The notes below the pieces were generated by a model that did not search any database, had not been told where the DNA came from, and was given only the letters and a program-made list of their open reading frames with translations. A program made the position numbers and the translations under genes. Source: Dehalococcoidia bacterium (GTDB lineage Bacteria > Chloroflexota > Dehalococcoidia > Dehalococcoidales > E44-bin46). Taken from it: DNA of 64,000 nt. Shown here one piece after another: positions 16,732 to 26,719 of this stretch; the first letter of the stretch is position 1; each line of letters opens with the position of its first letter. The stretch spans positions 254 to 64,253 of the forward strand of contig JAUWIC010000063.1 of assembly GCA_030605575.1 (NCBI GenBank), in the 5' to 3' direction.

Positions 16732-18783
16732 ATGGCGCCAAAAATAATCAAAACCGACTGTATATTATGTGTCAATAGCTGTGGCATAAATGCCTATGTT
16801 GAGGACGGCAAGCTGATCAAGGTGGAAGGTATGGCTGAGCACCCGGTAAGCGAGGGTGCAATCTGCCCCAGGGGTGAAGCGCTGGTAGACTATGTCTATT
16901 CACCAGACAGGCTGAAATACCCGATGAAAAAGGTGAACGGTAACTGGGAGAGAATCTCCTGGGATGAGGCTTTAGATATCATAGCTGAGCAGTTGAAGCA
17001 GATTAAGGAAAAATATGGCGCCAAGGCTCTGGCTGTCTACAACGGCTCGATAGGGGTGGAGAATATTGAGCTGGCTGGCTTTGCCCAGAGGTTCCGTGGC
17101 GTTTACGGCACGCCCAACTTAATATCGGTGGAGGGCAACTGCTTCCGCTCCCGGATTATGGCTCGCCAGATGACCTTTGGCGGTTACCCTATTGAAGAGC
17201 CGTGGAACTCTAAATGTCTTATCATCTGGGGGCAAAACATGGACAATTCCAGAGTGCCCATGGCGGCTAAGATTTATAAAGCCCTGGATAGTGGTAGCGT
17301 GTCGCAATTGATTGTCATTGACCCCAAGCGCATCCCGATGGCAGAAAGGGGGATTCATATCCAGATAAGACCGGGAACCGACTGTGCCTTAGCGCTGGGG
17401 ATGCTAAATGTCATCATTGCGGAAGGTCTTCATGATAAAGAATTTATAGAGAAATATACCCTCGGATTTGATAAGTTGGCGGAGCATGTCAAGCAATACC
17501 CACCGGAGAAGGTAGAGGAGATAACCTGGGTTCCGGCTGAGGATATAAGAAAGATTGCCCGCATATTTGCTACTATCAAGCCAGCCTCCATTGTTCCCGG
17601 CACCTGCTCCATTGACCAGCACATAAACGGTTTCCAGAACAACCGTGTCCTGGCTCTTTTGCAGATAGTAACCGGTAATATAGATATACCCGGGGGATGG
17701 GTGTTCATACCCTTTATCCGCCTGGGTGACCTCAGAGTTATGGAGATTAGTGAGCCGATTGGGGCTGAGGAGCACCCTCTGTTTCGCCAGTTCTGGGGTA
17801 GAATATCCCCCTATGGTCAGCAGATGCTGTTTGCCGATGCTGTCCTCCAGGAAAAGCCGTATCCTATCAAAGCCTTGATTGTTAACGGCGGTAATCCCGC
17901 CCTTACTCTGCCTGATTCCGTGCGGATTAAACAGGCTATGAAGAAGCTAGACTTTATGGTGGTGATGGACCTGTTCATGACCGAAACTGCCGAGCTGGCT
18001 GACATTGTGCTTCCCGCCTGCTCCTTCCTGGAAAAGAGCGGGGTGGGCTATGTTTATGGAGTAACCACCTGTATGCCGTATGCTTTGCTCCGCAAAAAGG
18101 TGATAGAGCCAATCGGGGAAAGCTGGGCTGACTGGAAAATCTGGACGGAAATAGGCAGGAGAATGGGCTACGGAGAATTCTTCCCCTGGGAAACTGAGGA
18201 GGAGGTTATTGATTTCTTCTTAAAGCCAAGCGGTTTAACCAGGGAACAACTGGACAAAGAGCACCCGGAGGGGGCTTACTATGCCGAGAAGAAATATCTC
18301 GCTGCCAAGTACCGGACCCCGTCAGGGAAGATTGAGATTTACTCAGAAACGCTAGCCGAGAATGGCTATGACCCGCTGCCAGTTTATATTGAGCCCAGCC
18401 ATAGCCCGGTCAGCACCCCGGAACTGGCTAAGAAGTTTCCTCTAATCCTGACCACCGGCGCCCGGATTCCGCAATATACCCACACCCAGCTTAGAAATGT
18501 GCCAGTCTTGCGAAAGGCAGCCCCTGAGCCAATAGCTGAAATTCACCCTGAGACTGCGGGAAGGTATGGCATTGCCGATGGCGATATGATGACTGTGGAA
18601 ACAGTAAAGGGGCAGATAGCAATTAAAGTAAATACTACCGAGGATTTAGCCCCCGGGATAGTTAGTATCCCCCACGGCTGGGCTGAGGCTAATGCCAATT
18701 TGCTGACAGAACTCGAACCCCGAGACCCGGTAACCGGGTATACTGAGCTCAAAGCCCTGCTCTGCAGAATAAAGAAGATTTAA
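16732..18783 (+). CDS. Molybdopterin (bis-MGD) oxidoreductase, DMSO-reductase superfamily, cytoplasmic
   Basis: The N-terminal 4Fe-4S motif is CILCVNSCGI...CPRG. There is no twin-arginine signal. The size (683 aa) and the C-terminal beta-barrel-like end are typical of the superfamily. Confidence 0.85.
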   Translation: MAPKIIKTDCILCVNSCGINAYVEDGKLIKVEGMAEHPVSEGAICPRGEALVDYVYSPDRLKYPMKKVNGNWERISWDEALDIIAEQLKQIKEKYGAKALAVYNGSIGVENIELAGFAQRFRGVYGTPNLISVEGNCFRSRIMARQMTFGGYPIEEPWNSKCLIIWGQNMDNSRVPMAAKIYKALDSGSVSQLIVIDPKRIPMAERGIHIQIRPGTDCALALGMLNVIIAEGLHDKEFIEKYTLGFDKLAEHVKQYPPEKVEEITWVPAEDIRKIARIFATIKPASIVPGTCSIDQHINGFQNNRVLALLQIVTGNIDIPGGWVFIPFIRLGDLRVMEISEPIGAEEHPLFRQFWGRISPYGQQMLFADAVLQEKPYPIKALIVNGGNPALTLPDSVRIKQAMKKLDFMVVMDLFMTETAELADIVLPACSFLEKSGVGYVYGVTTCMPYALLRKKVIEPIGESWADWKIWTEIGRRMGYGEFFPWETEEEVIDFFLKPSGLTREQLDKEHPEGAYYAEKKYLAAKYRTPSGKIEIYSETLAENGYDPLPVYIEPSHSPVSTPELAKKFPLILTTGARIPQYTHTQLRNVPVLRKAAPEPIAEIHPETAGRYGIADGDMMTVETVKGQIAIKVNTTEDLAPGIVSIPHGWAEANANLLTELEPRDPVTGYTELKALLCRIKKI

Positions 18784-18852
18784 GCCAGGAACGCAGCCGA
18801 TATTGCCAAAGAGAAAGACTCACCACTGCGTAGCCAGGAACCTTAGGCCTCT

Positions 18853-20043
18853 TTACTTGATTAGCTCCATAACCAGGGCCCCTCCGTGGCCCCCATTACC
18901 ACAAAGAGTAGCCAGGCCATAGCGTCCACCGCGCTCAACAAGCGAATTCAAAACATCCAGCGTTATCCGGTTTCCCGACATCCCTGTGGGGTGGCCCAGG
19001 GCGACACCACCTCCGTGAATATTCACCCGGCTCATATCCCATTGTAATTCTCGGCTAACAGCTATCACCTGAGCGGCAAAAGCCTCGTTGATTTCAATGA
19101 CGTCGATGTCACCAAGAGTCAATCCTGCTTTCTTCAGAGCCTTGGGCACGGCCAAAACGGGAGCCAAGCCAAACCTCTTAGCTTCCACCGCGGTTACCGC
19201 GTAGGAGAGGATTCTGGCCAGAGGTTTAAGACCAAGCTCACCAGCCTTATCTCGAGATGTTACCACCACTGCCGAGGCTCCGTCAGTGATAGGCGGTGAG
19301 TTCCCGGCGGTGATGGTTCCGTCGGGGCGGAAGGCAAGGCGGAGCTTAGCCAGTACCTCCAGGGTTGTGTCAGGACGTGGGGCCTCGTCCTCCTGAAATA
19401 CTATAGGGGCTCCCTTCGCCTGAGGTACCTCTATCGGTATTATGGTCTTGGCGAAGAAGCCGCTCTTCTTAGCCTTGGCCGCCTTCTGCTGACCCTCAAA
19501 AGCGAACTGGTCTTGCTCCTCTCGTGTGATGCCCAGCTCTTCGGCCAAAACGTCGGTTAACAGCCCCATATGCACATGCTCGATGCCACAATGGTAGCCG
19601 TCTTTAAACTGGCCATCCACCAGTGTCACATCACCCATTCTCGCCCCCCAGCGCGTCTGCATATTCAGGTAAGGAACGCTGCTGTGATGCTCCATGCCTC
19701 CGGCCAAGACGATGTCCGAATTCTCCAAAGTTATGCTTTGGTAAGCCAGTATGATCGAGAGCATACCCGACACGCAGGCCACATTTACGGCATAGGCGGG
19801 AGTACTGGCCGGGATGCCAGCGTTGATCGATACAATTCGAGCAGCATTAGGACCACCGCCGGCCTGACGGGCATGTCCGATGATGACCTCGTCCACTTGT
19901 TCCGGCTTCACTCCGGACCTCTCAAGGGCTCCTTTTACGGCGACCACGCCGATATCTATGACGGTAAGGTCTCTCAGAGCACCACCAAAGCGCCCTATGG
20001 CAGTTCGAGCCCCGTTAATGATGACAACTTCCTTGTCTGGCAT
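18853..20043 (-). CDS. Acetyl-CoA C-acetyltransferase (thiolase)
   Basis: It shows NVACVSGM (active Cys), NIHGGGVALGHPTGMSG and CGNGGHGGA. Confidence 0.9.
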   Translation of the reverse strand: MPDKEVVIINGARTAIGRFGGALRDLTVIDIGVVAVKGALERSGVKPEQVDEVIIGHARQAGGGPNAARIVSINAGIPASTPAYAVNVACVSGMLSIILAYQSITLENSDIVLAGGMEHHSSVPYLNMQTRWGARMGDVTLVDGQFKDGYHCGIEHVHMGLLTDVLAEELGITREEQDQFAFEGQQKAAKAKKSGFFAKTIIPIEVPQAKGAPIVFQEDEAPRPDTTLEVLAKLRLAFRPDGTITAGNSPPITDGASAVVVTSRDKAGELGLKPLARILSYAVTAVEAKRFGLAPVLAVPKALKKAGLTLGDIDVIEINEAFAAQVIAVSRELQWDMSRVNIHGGGVALGHPTGMSGNRITLDVLNSLVERGGRYGLATLCGNGGHGGALVMELIK

Positions 20044-20087
20044 ATCACACCTCCCAAAGTCACGTTATTTATCTGGAGAACCCCTGT

Positions 20088-20873
20088 TCACCGACCTTGA
20101 AAATTGGGGCTGCGTTTCTCCAAGAAGGCAGCCACACCCTCTCTTTTATCCTCACTGCCGCACAGGATAGCAAAGTTCTTTTGCTCATACCTAATCCCCT
20201 CAGCCAGGCTGAGATTAAGCCCGGTATTGATGGCATCCTTAGCCATCTTGAGAGCGAGGGGTGATTTGCTGGTCAGCTTCCTGGCTAGTTGCCTGGCATG
20301 TTCCATCAGCTCGGCTAGGGGGACTACCTGGTTGACCAACCCAATGCGGTATGCCTCAGCGGCGTCGATGAGTTCCCCGGTAAGAATCATCTCCATAGCC
20401 CGACCTTTACCCACCAGTCTGGGTAGTCGCTGGGTTCCCCCATTTCCAGGCATTATACCCAGGTTTATCTCTGGCAGCCCAAACCTGGCTGTATCCACAG
20501 CTATCCTCAAGGTACAGGCCATGGCTATTTCCAGTCCAACGCCGACAGCAAAACCATTGATAGCGGCTATAGTGGGTTTCGGCATAGTCTCCAGTAGATT
20601 AGCCAGCACCCGCCTTCTCCCTGAGCGCTCCCCCAGTTCGGTCAAGGTATTGCGCTGCTGCAATTCCCCTATGTCCGCCCCCGAGATAAAGGCCTTGTCG
20701 CCAGCGCCGGTGAGGATGAGTACTCTTACTGCCTCATCAGCCTCAGCTTTTCTGGCGGCATCTAAAGCCTCATCGATGGCGAGGTAATTAAGAGCATTGC
20801 GCACCTCAGGTCGATTGAAGGTAATGATAGCAAGCTCGTCCTCTTTGTCATAGACGATATGTTTGTAGACCAT
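20088..20873 (-). CDS. Enoyl-CoA hydratase (crotonase)
   Basis: I moved the start to MVYKHIVYDKED (ATG at 20873), which follows an AGGAGG SD. The longer track ORF overlaps hbd. Motifs AFISGADI and GLPEINLGIMPGNGGTQRL are present. Confidence 0.85.
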   Translation of the reverse strand: MVYKHIVYDKEDELAIITFNRPEVRNALNYLAIDEALDAARKAEADEAVRVLILTGAGDKAFISGADIGELQQRNTLTELGERSGRRRVLANLLETMPKPTIAAINGFAVGVGLEIAMACTLRIAVDTARFGLPEINLGIMPGNGGTQRLPRLVGKGRAMEMILTGELIDAAEAYRIGLVNQVVPLAELMEHARQLARKLTSKSPLALKMAKDAINTGLNLSLAEGIRYEQKNFAILCGSEDKREGVAAFLEKRSPNFQGR

Positions 20874-20883
20874 CCCTAACCTC

Positions 20884-21738
20884 CTATTTCGTGTAATCGT
20901 AGAAGCCCCGCCCGCTCTTACGTCCCAGATAGCCAGCCCTGACCATCTTTCGGAGAAGGGCGTGGGGGCGGTACTTAAGGTCTCCCAGCTCGCGACAGAG
21001 GTTATCGGAGTTGATGACATGGATATCAACCCCGACCAGGTCAATAAGCTCCAGGGGGCCTATGGGCAAGCCGGCGCCTAGTTTCATGGCAGTGTCAATG
21101 TCCTCAGCGCTGGCTACTCCTTCGGCCAGGATATCAACCGCCGCGTTGCGCATGGCACTTAGAATCCGGCTGACAATCCCTCCCGGAGCCTCGTTCACCC
21201 GAACCGGAGTTTTCCCCACCTTTCGGGAAAACTCCATAACCGCCTCAATGGTCTCCTCAGAGGTGCCCAAGCCAGCAGTAACCTCTATTAACCTCATCAC
21301 CGGCGCTGGATTGAACCAGTGCATTCCAATTGTCTTATCGGGCCTCTTGGTAGCGGAACCTATCTCAGTAGGCGATAGAATAGAGGTATTGGTCGCCAGG
21401 ATGGTGCCGGTGGGGCACAATTCATCGAGCTCGGTGAAGACCTGCTTCTTCAACTCCATGTTCTCGACCACCGCCTCAATAACAAGGTCAACGTCGGCGA
21501 TGTCCTGCATCTTGGTGGTAGTTCTTATCCGGGTCAGCACCTCCTTGGCCTCTTCAGCACTCATCTTTCCCCGGTCAACCAGCGATTGGAGATTCTTCCG
21601 GGTTTTGCCCAGGTTCCTCTCCAGTATATCTTCACTCAAGTCTCCTACGTTAACCGAAAACCCCTTCTGGGCAAGTGCCTGGCTGATACCCATACCCATC
21701 ACCCCAGCCCCGACCACGCTAACTTTATTAATCTCCAT
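20884..21738 (-). CDS. hbd: 3-hydroxybutyryl-CoA dehydrogenase
   Basis: It shows VVGAGVMGMGIS (NAD binding) and HWFNPAPVMRLIEV, and the 284-aa size is typical. Confidence 0.9.
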   Translation of the reverse strand: MEINKVSVVGAGVMGMGISQALAQKGFSVNVGDLSEDILERNLGKTRKNLQSLVDRGKMSAEEAKEVLTRIRTTTKMQDIADVDLVIEAVVENMELKKQVFTELDELCPTGTILATNTSILSPTEIGSATKRPDKTIGMHWFNPAPVMRLIEVTAGLGTSEETIEAVMEFSRKVGKTPVRVNEAPGGIVSRILSAMRNAAVDILAEGVASAEDIDTAMKLGAGLPIGPLELIDLVGVDIHVINSDNLCRELGDLKYRPHALLRKMVRAGYLGRKSGRGFYDYTK

Positions 21739-21810
21739 GATTGCCTCCCTAGAAGTATTAATGATTTTTCTTTTCGTATGCCTGCCACTATCTTATATTG
21801 CCCAGCGTGA

Positions 21811-22968
21811 CTAAGAGGTAAAGGCACTGATACCGGTGGCGTTGCGCCCTATGATTAACTTATGCATCTCGGAGGTGCCCTCGAGCAAGGTGGCTACCTT
21901 GGCATCCCTATAGTAACGTTCCACCGGGTACTCATCAGAATAACCATAACCCCCGTGAATCTGGACGGCGTTATTGGCGGCTCTGAGGGCAACCTCTGAG
22001 GCGTAGTATTTCGCCATGGAGATCTCAACCGTGCTGGGAGCGCCTTTGTTCTTGAGATAGGCGGCTCTATAGGTTAAGAAGCGCGCCGCTTCCGTCTCCA
22101 CAATCATATTGGCAATCATCTCCTGCACCAATTGATAGCTCCCGATAGGCTTCCCAAACTGCTGACGGGTCTGGGCATACAGTACACTGGCGTCGATACA
22201 GGCTTGAGCCAATCCTACACAGCCGGCGGCAACACACAAACGAGCATTGTCAAAGGCGCTCATGGCAATCTTGAAGCCCTCCCCTACCTGTCCCAACAGA
22301 TTCTCTTCCGGTACCAGACAGTCCTCCAAGGTTAACTCGGCAGTGTTAGCCGCACGCAGTCCCAGTTTCCCGTGAATATCCCGGCTGGAGAATCCAGGGG
22401 TATCCTTTTCCACCAAGAAGGCGGCAAGACCCCGGTGTTTCTTGGCTTTATCCGTTTGGGCAAAGATTAGAGCCACCCCAGCCACTCCACCGTTTGAGAT
22501 CCACGTCTTGTTGCCGTTAAGCCGCCACTTGCCTCCGTCTAACACCGCCGAGGTCTCAGTGCTAGCGATATCGCTACCCACGTTGGGCTCGGTGGTGGCG
22601 AAACAGCCTAATATCTCACCCTTGGTCGTACGCGGCAGATACTTTTGCTTTTGCTCCTCGGTACCCCACCGGTTAAGAGTTTGCTGGAAAAGGGAAATAT
22701 GAACGGAAACTATAGAGCGTAAGGCAAAGCTAACACGGGCGAGTTCCTCAATCATAACAACGTAGGCAATGTGGTCAATACCCATGCCACCATATTCCTC
22801 AGGCAACGGCGCTCCCAAGAAACCGAGTTGTGCCATCTTGTCTAATATATCCCCCGGAAAGCGCTCGTTACGGTCGTCATCTCGTACTTTGGGGAGGATT
22901 TCGTTTTTGGCGAAATCTTCCATCAGGTTACGAATCATGATTTGCTCTTCAGTCAAGCCAAAGTCCAT
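21811..22968 (-). CDS. Acyl-CoA dehydrogenase (short/medium chain or glutaryl-type)
   Basis: I chose the start MDFGLTEEQ (ATG at 22968), which follows a GGAGGA SD. Motifs CFATTEPNVGSD and GGYGYSDEYPVERYYRDAKV..EGTSE are present. Confidence 0.9.
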   Translation of the reverse strand: MDFGLTEEQIMIRNLMEDFAKNEILPKVRDDDRNERFPGDILDKMAQLGFLGAPLPEEYGGMGIDHIAYVVMIEELARVSFALRSIVSVHISLFQQTLNRWGTEEQKQKYLPRTTKGEILGCFATTEPNVGSDIASTETSAVLDGGKWRLNGNKTWISNGGVAGVALIFAQTDKAKKHRGLAAFLVEKDTPGFSSRDIHGKLGLRAANTAELTLEDCLVPEENLLGQVGEGFKIAMSAFDNARLCVAAGCVGLAQACIDASVLYAQTRQQFGKPIGSYQLVQEMIANMIVETEAARFLTYRAAYLKNKGAPSTVEISMAKYYASEVALRAANNAVQIHGGYGYSDEYPVERYYRDAKVATLLEGTSEMHKLIIGRNATGISAFTS

Positions 22969-23257
22969 GGCAACTCCTCCTTCAGTCACTGACTATTACG
23001 AACTCGGTTTCTAGCTGCTGGGAGTATCTTTCTGGCAAATGCTGGTATTTCCTGGAGGCTTCTAGCTACCGGCACACCGGCTGCCTATATGTGATAACCT
23101 AGACTGAAACCACCGTAGGACATTATACATCAAATGCCCCGTTTTACAAAGGCTGGTACCGGCTCTGGAGTAAGAAGGATTACCATGACCAAATCCGAGG
23201 CGCCTGGTAGTGCCTGGCACTAACAATACAATTTATTGCTGAAGACATACCCAAGTC

Positions 23258-23285
23258 TTGACAAAGCTGGAAAACTAGTTATACT
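23258..23285 (+). promoter_or_regulatory. Sigma70-like promoter (TTGACA-N16-TATACT) for the ABC transporter operon
   Basis: TTGACA lies at 23258-23263 and TATACT at 23280-23285. Confidence 0.45.
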
Positions 23286-23418
23286 CTTAGGGGCAGACAA
23301 AGCGATACAGTATATATCATGAGTACATTATAAAAAGGAGGGATGATATGTAAAGGTAGTGATTTTCCCATAAGCCGGTGAGAACTTTTATAAAGAACCT
23401 AGAAAGGAGGGAAGATAA

Positions 23419-24705
23419 ATGACAAAGAAGTTGCTTTTTGGTCTGATAACGATAACCCTAGTAGCCTTAGTGGCCGTGCCTTTGTGTTCTTCTTCCTGTG
23501 TCCCAGCCCCAGCCCCAGCCAAAGATAGCATCGTTATTGGCGCGTCCAGACCTCTTTCCGGTATGAACGCTATGATCGGAGACGCGGCATTCGGGCCAAT
23601 CATGACTATGTGGGAAGAGGAGGTCAATGCCGCCGGCGGGATATATGTGGCCGACTATGGCAAGAAATTGCCCATAGAATACCTCATATATGATGATGCC
23701 ACTGATGTGGGCACCATGGTGAGGCTGACGGAAAAGCTGATATTAGAGGATAAGGTTGACATCCTGTTCTCCTCCTGTGGCACCGCTTTCATTTCTGCTC
23801 AAGCCCCCATAGCCAATAAGTACGGTTATGTACTGCTCACAGCCGAGGGCGGCGCCACGATTATGAGGGACGCGCTTTATGGTCTGCCCTACGTGTTTAT
23901 CAGCTTGCCTTTCTCCGACCACTACCAATTGCCGGTTTTCGCTGACATGCTGGCTGCCAAGGGCGCCAAGACGGCGTATATAGTCTCCATTGCCGACCTC
24001 CATGGCGTAGAGTATAGCGGCGTGGCGGCTATAGAATTCGCTAGGGTAGGAATTGATCTAATTGCTAGCGTAAGCGTTCCAGAAACCCAGGAGGACTTCT
24101 CAATCATAATTAAGGATGCCAAGGCGGCTAACCCCGATGTCTTTTGCGTTTTTGGCTATCCCCCTCAAGTCCTGCCTTGTACCGCCGAGTCAATGGCGCT
24201 TGGCTTTAACCCGAAGTGCTTCATAGCCGGACCTGGAGCCAATTTCGGGTTTTATCAATTCACGTTTATAGAAGCGCTTGGCCCCAATTGCGTAGATGGA
24301 GTACTTTGTTTTGCCGCTGCCAACCGGGCAACGTCTCCCGAATTTGCCGAATTATATGATGACCTCGAGGCTATCGTTAGCCCAGCTATGTTGGATTGGT
24401 GGGGACATCCGTACTACGCGCCCTTGGTGCAAATCTGGCAGGAGGCTATCGAGGAGACCGGAACCCTTGACCAGGACATACTAAGGGATTACATAGCTAC
24501 GCACCATTTCGATACCATTCTGGGAGATACTTACTTCGAGATGTCCGGTGAAGGTGGCGGCGGACTTCTGGTCAAGGAAACTCATCCCGGGGAGATTGGT
24601 CAGTGGCAGAATGGGGTCGTTGAAATCGTAGGCGGTGGTCCATGGTCTAACACGGTGATTACCGCAGACTTTATATACCCCAAGCCGCCATGGCCAACAC
24701 CCTAA
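23419..24705 (+). CDS. ABC transporter substrate-binding lipoprotein (LivK/branched-chain-amino-acid type fold)
   Basis: A signal peptide with lipobox-like VPLCSSSC is present. It has type I periplasmic-binding-protein length and is followed by LivHMGF-type genes. Confidence 0.85.
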   Translation: MTKKLLFGLITITLVALVAVPLCSSSCVPAPAPAKDSIVIGASRPLSGMNAMIGDAAFGPIMTMWEEEVNAAGGIYVADYGKKLPIEYLIYDDATDVGTMVRLTEKLILEDKVDILFSSCGTAFISAQAPIANKYGYVLLTAEGGATIMRDALYGLPYVFISLPFSDHYQLPVFADMLAAKGAKTAYIVSIADLHGVEYSGVAAIEFARVGIDLIASVSVPETQEDFSIIIKDAKAANPDVFCVFGYPPQVLPCTAESMALGFNPKCFIAGPGANFGFYQFTFIEALGPNCVDGVLCFAAANRATSPEFAELYDDLEAIVSPAMLDWWGHPYYAPLVQIWQEAIEETGTLDQDILRDYIATHHFDTILGDTYFEMSGEGGGGLLVKETHPGEIGQWQNGVVEIVGGGPWSNTVITADFIYPKPPWPTP

Positions 24706-24873
24706 ATAAGTAGACATTGAGTTTAGGATTTTAGCGGTAATAATATAGTAAGCAGGCTGTCTAAAGGGTGCGAAAATAACACCTGTTAGAGGTGGGTTTT
24801 TTCGCCAATGGGTTATTCTTGTGCTTTATAGACAGCCTGCCCCCATGATTGCCAGAGCCAGGAAGCTATTATT

Positions 24874-25746
24874 ATGGATTTAGTGACAATCCTGGACATA
24901 GCGATTGGCGGGTTACTGATGGGCGGTATCTATGCCCTGCTTGCTATGGGGCTTAGCCTGCAGTACGGCGTTGCCCGGGTGCTGAACATCGCTCACGGCG
25001 AATTCATCATGCTCGGGGCTTTTGCCACCTACACGCTTTACACCGCATTTGGCATTAACCCCCTGCTTACTCTTGCCATTGTTGGTCCGATTATATTCAT
25101 AATAGGTTTTCTACTTCATAGGACTTTGTTTACCCGCCTTAGAATCTCATCACCATCACCAGGCGCCTTTGAGAGCCGTTCCCTGTTAGCCACTTTTGGC
25201 ATCCTCTTCATCATCCAAAATCTAGCTTTAATAGGGTGGGGTGCCAACCTGAGAGCGTACTCTTATTTAAACTTTGGGGTCAATTTGGGGGGAGCGATAT
25301 TTACCGCCAATCGCCTGGTGAGCCTTGGCTTTGCTATAGGCATAGGTTTAGCCTTCTATATCTTTTTAGTCCGTACCCGAATGGGCAAAGCCATCAGGGC
25401 CGCCGCCCAAGACCCGGCAACCGCAAGCCTCATGGGGGTAAATATCAACCGGGTGCTGGCTATATGCTTTGGCCTTGGTGCCGTAATGGCTGGTTTTGCC
25501 GGCACACTTCTAAGCATGCGAGTCCCCATTAATCCAGCTATGGGTATGAACTATACCATCATCGCCATCATCGTTATCGTCTTAGGCGGGCTGGGCAGTA
25601 TCCCGGGCAGTTTTATCGGGGGTTTTATACTGGGTATCATTGGCACCGTAGTAACCTATATAGAGCCGAGCTTATCTCTAGCTGCCTACTATTTTATCTT
25701 CATGCTCCTGCTACTGGTGAGACCGAAAGGTATTTTGGGGAAGTAG
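24874..25746 (+). CDS. ABC transporter permease (LivH type)
   Basis: It is polytopic and hydrophobic, with the MGLSLQYGVARVLNIAHGEF pattern typical of LivH. Confidence 0.9.
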   Translation: MDLVTILDIAIGGLLMGGIYALLAMGLSLQYGVARVLNIAHGEFIMLGAFATYTLYTAFGINPLLTLAIVGPIIFIIGFLLHRTLFTRLRISSPSPGAFESRSLLATFGILFIIQNLALIGWGANLRAYSYLNFGVNLGGAIFTANRLVSLGFAIGIGLAFYIFLVRTRMGKAIRAAAQDPATASLMGVNINRVLAICFGLGAVMAGFAGTLLSMRVPINPAMGMNYTIIAIIVIVLGGLGSIPGSFIGGFILGIIGTVVTYIEPSLSLAAYYFIFMLLLLVRPKGILGK

Positions 25747-25750
25747 AGAT

Positions 25751-26719
25751 ATGGATATTACCGCATTGACGTCTAGAAGGTTCTTGGTACCGGGGTTAAT
25801 TACTCTAACCGTATTAGCTACTTTACCCCTCTATGGCTCGCTTTATACTGTCATACTAATAACCACCATCTTGATGTATATCATCCTTGCTGTGAGCTGG
25901 GTTATCTTTTCCGGTCCCACCGGTTACATGTCACTGGCGTCGGCGGCTTTCTTCGGGGTCGGCATATATACTGCAGCTGTATTAATGCCGAACACGGGGC
26001 AGTTATTACCCCTGCCTGTCGTTGTTGCTATTGCTGGTCTCATCAGCGGCCTTCTTGCCGTTCTCGTTGGCGCTTTGACTCTGCGGCTAAGGGGCATATA
26101 TTTTGCTATATTCACTTTCGGACTCGTTGAGATAATCAAACAGGTCCTCCTGTACTGGGAGTTTGAAGTAACGCACACGCGTGGCCGATTCGTTGTCCTG
26201 GTGGACAACGACACTGTTTTTTACATCATGCTCGGCATCTTTGTGGCATTAATGCTTACCGTCTACTTTATCCGACGCTCTAAATTTGGTTTAGCCTTGC
26301 AGAGCATCGGTGAAAATGAGGAGGCTGCGGCTCACACCGGCATTAATGTAACTATGGTGAAGGTTATCACCTTTGGCATCAGTGCTATTTTCATGGGGGC
26401 AGCGGGGGCAATCATGGCGACAAGATGGACATATATTGACCCATACATCGCCTTTAATCCCCTCTTTTCTTTCATGCCGGTTTTAATGGCTATCTTTGGC
26501 GGCATGGGGCAGCTTTATGGTCCCGTAATAGGCGCCGCCATTTTTGCCTACCTGCAAGAAACACTACAAACCACGTTTCCCTATTACTACATGCTCATTT
26601 TCGGCATCGTATTAGTGGTGGCTATATTATATCTGCCCAATGGAATTGTGGGACTGATACAAAAACTGATACAAAGGTGGCGGAAAGGAGGTTCGGCGGA
26701 GCAGAATGCAAATACTTGA
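25751..26719 (+). CDS. ABC transporter permease (LivM type)
   Basis: It is polytopic and hydrophobic, with the GYMSLASAAFFGVGIY pattern. It overlaps the next gene by 14 nt. Confidence 0.9.
   Translation: MDITALTSRRFLVPGLITLTVLATLPLYGSLYTVILITTILMYIILAVSWVIFSGPTGYMSLASAAFFGVGIYTAAVLMPNTGQLLPLPVVVAIAGLISGLLAVLVGALTLRLRGIYFAIFTFGLVEIIKQVLLYWEFEVTHTRGRFVVLVDNDTVFYIMLGIFVALMLTVYFIRRSKFGLALQSIGENEEAAAHTGINVTMVKVITFGISAIFMGAAGAIMATRWTYIDPYIAFNPLFSFMPVLMAIFGGMGQLYGPVIGAAIFAYLQETLQTTFPYYYMLIFGIVLVVAILYLPNGIVGLIQKLIQRWRKGGSAEQNANT

Noticed and set aside
20104-21814. Long + strand ORFs (227 and 267 aa) opposite the crotonase and hbd genes.
   Set aside because: Their sequences are Ser/Ala/Pro/Arg-rich and low in complexity, typical of shadow frames. 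The minus-strand frames carry clear crotonase and HADH motifs.
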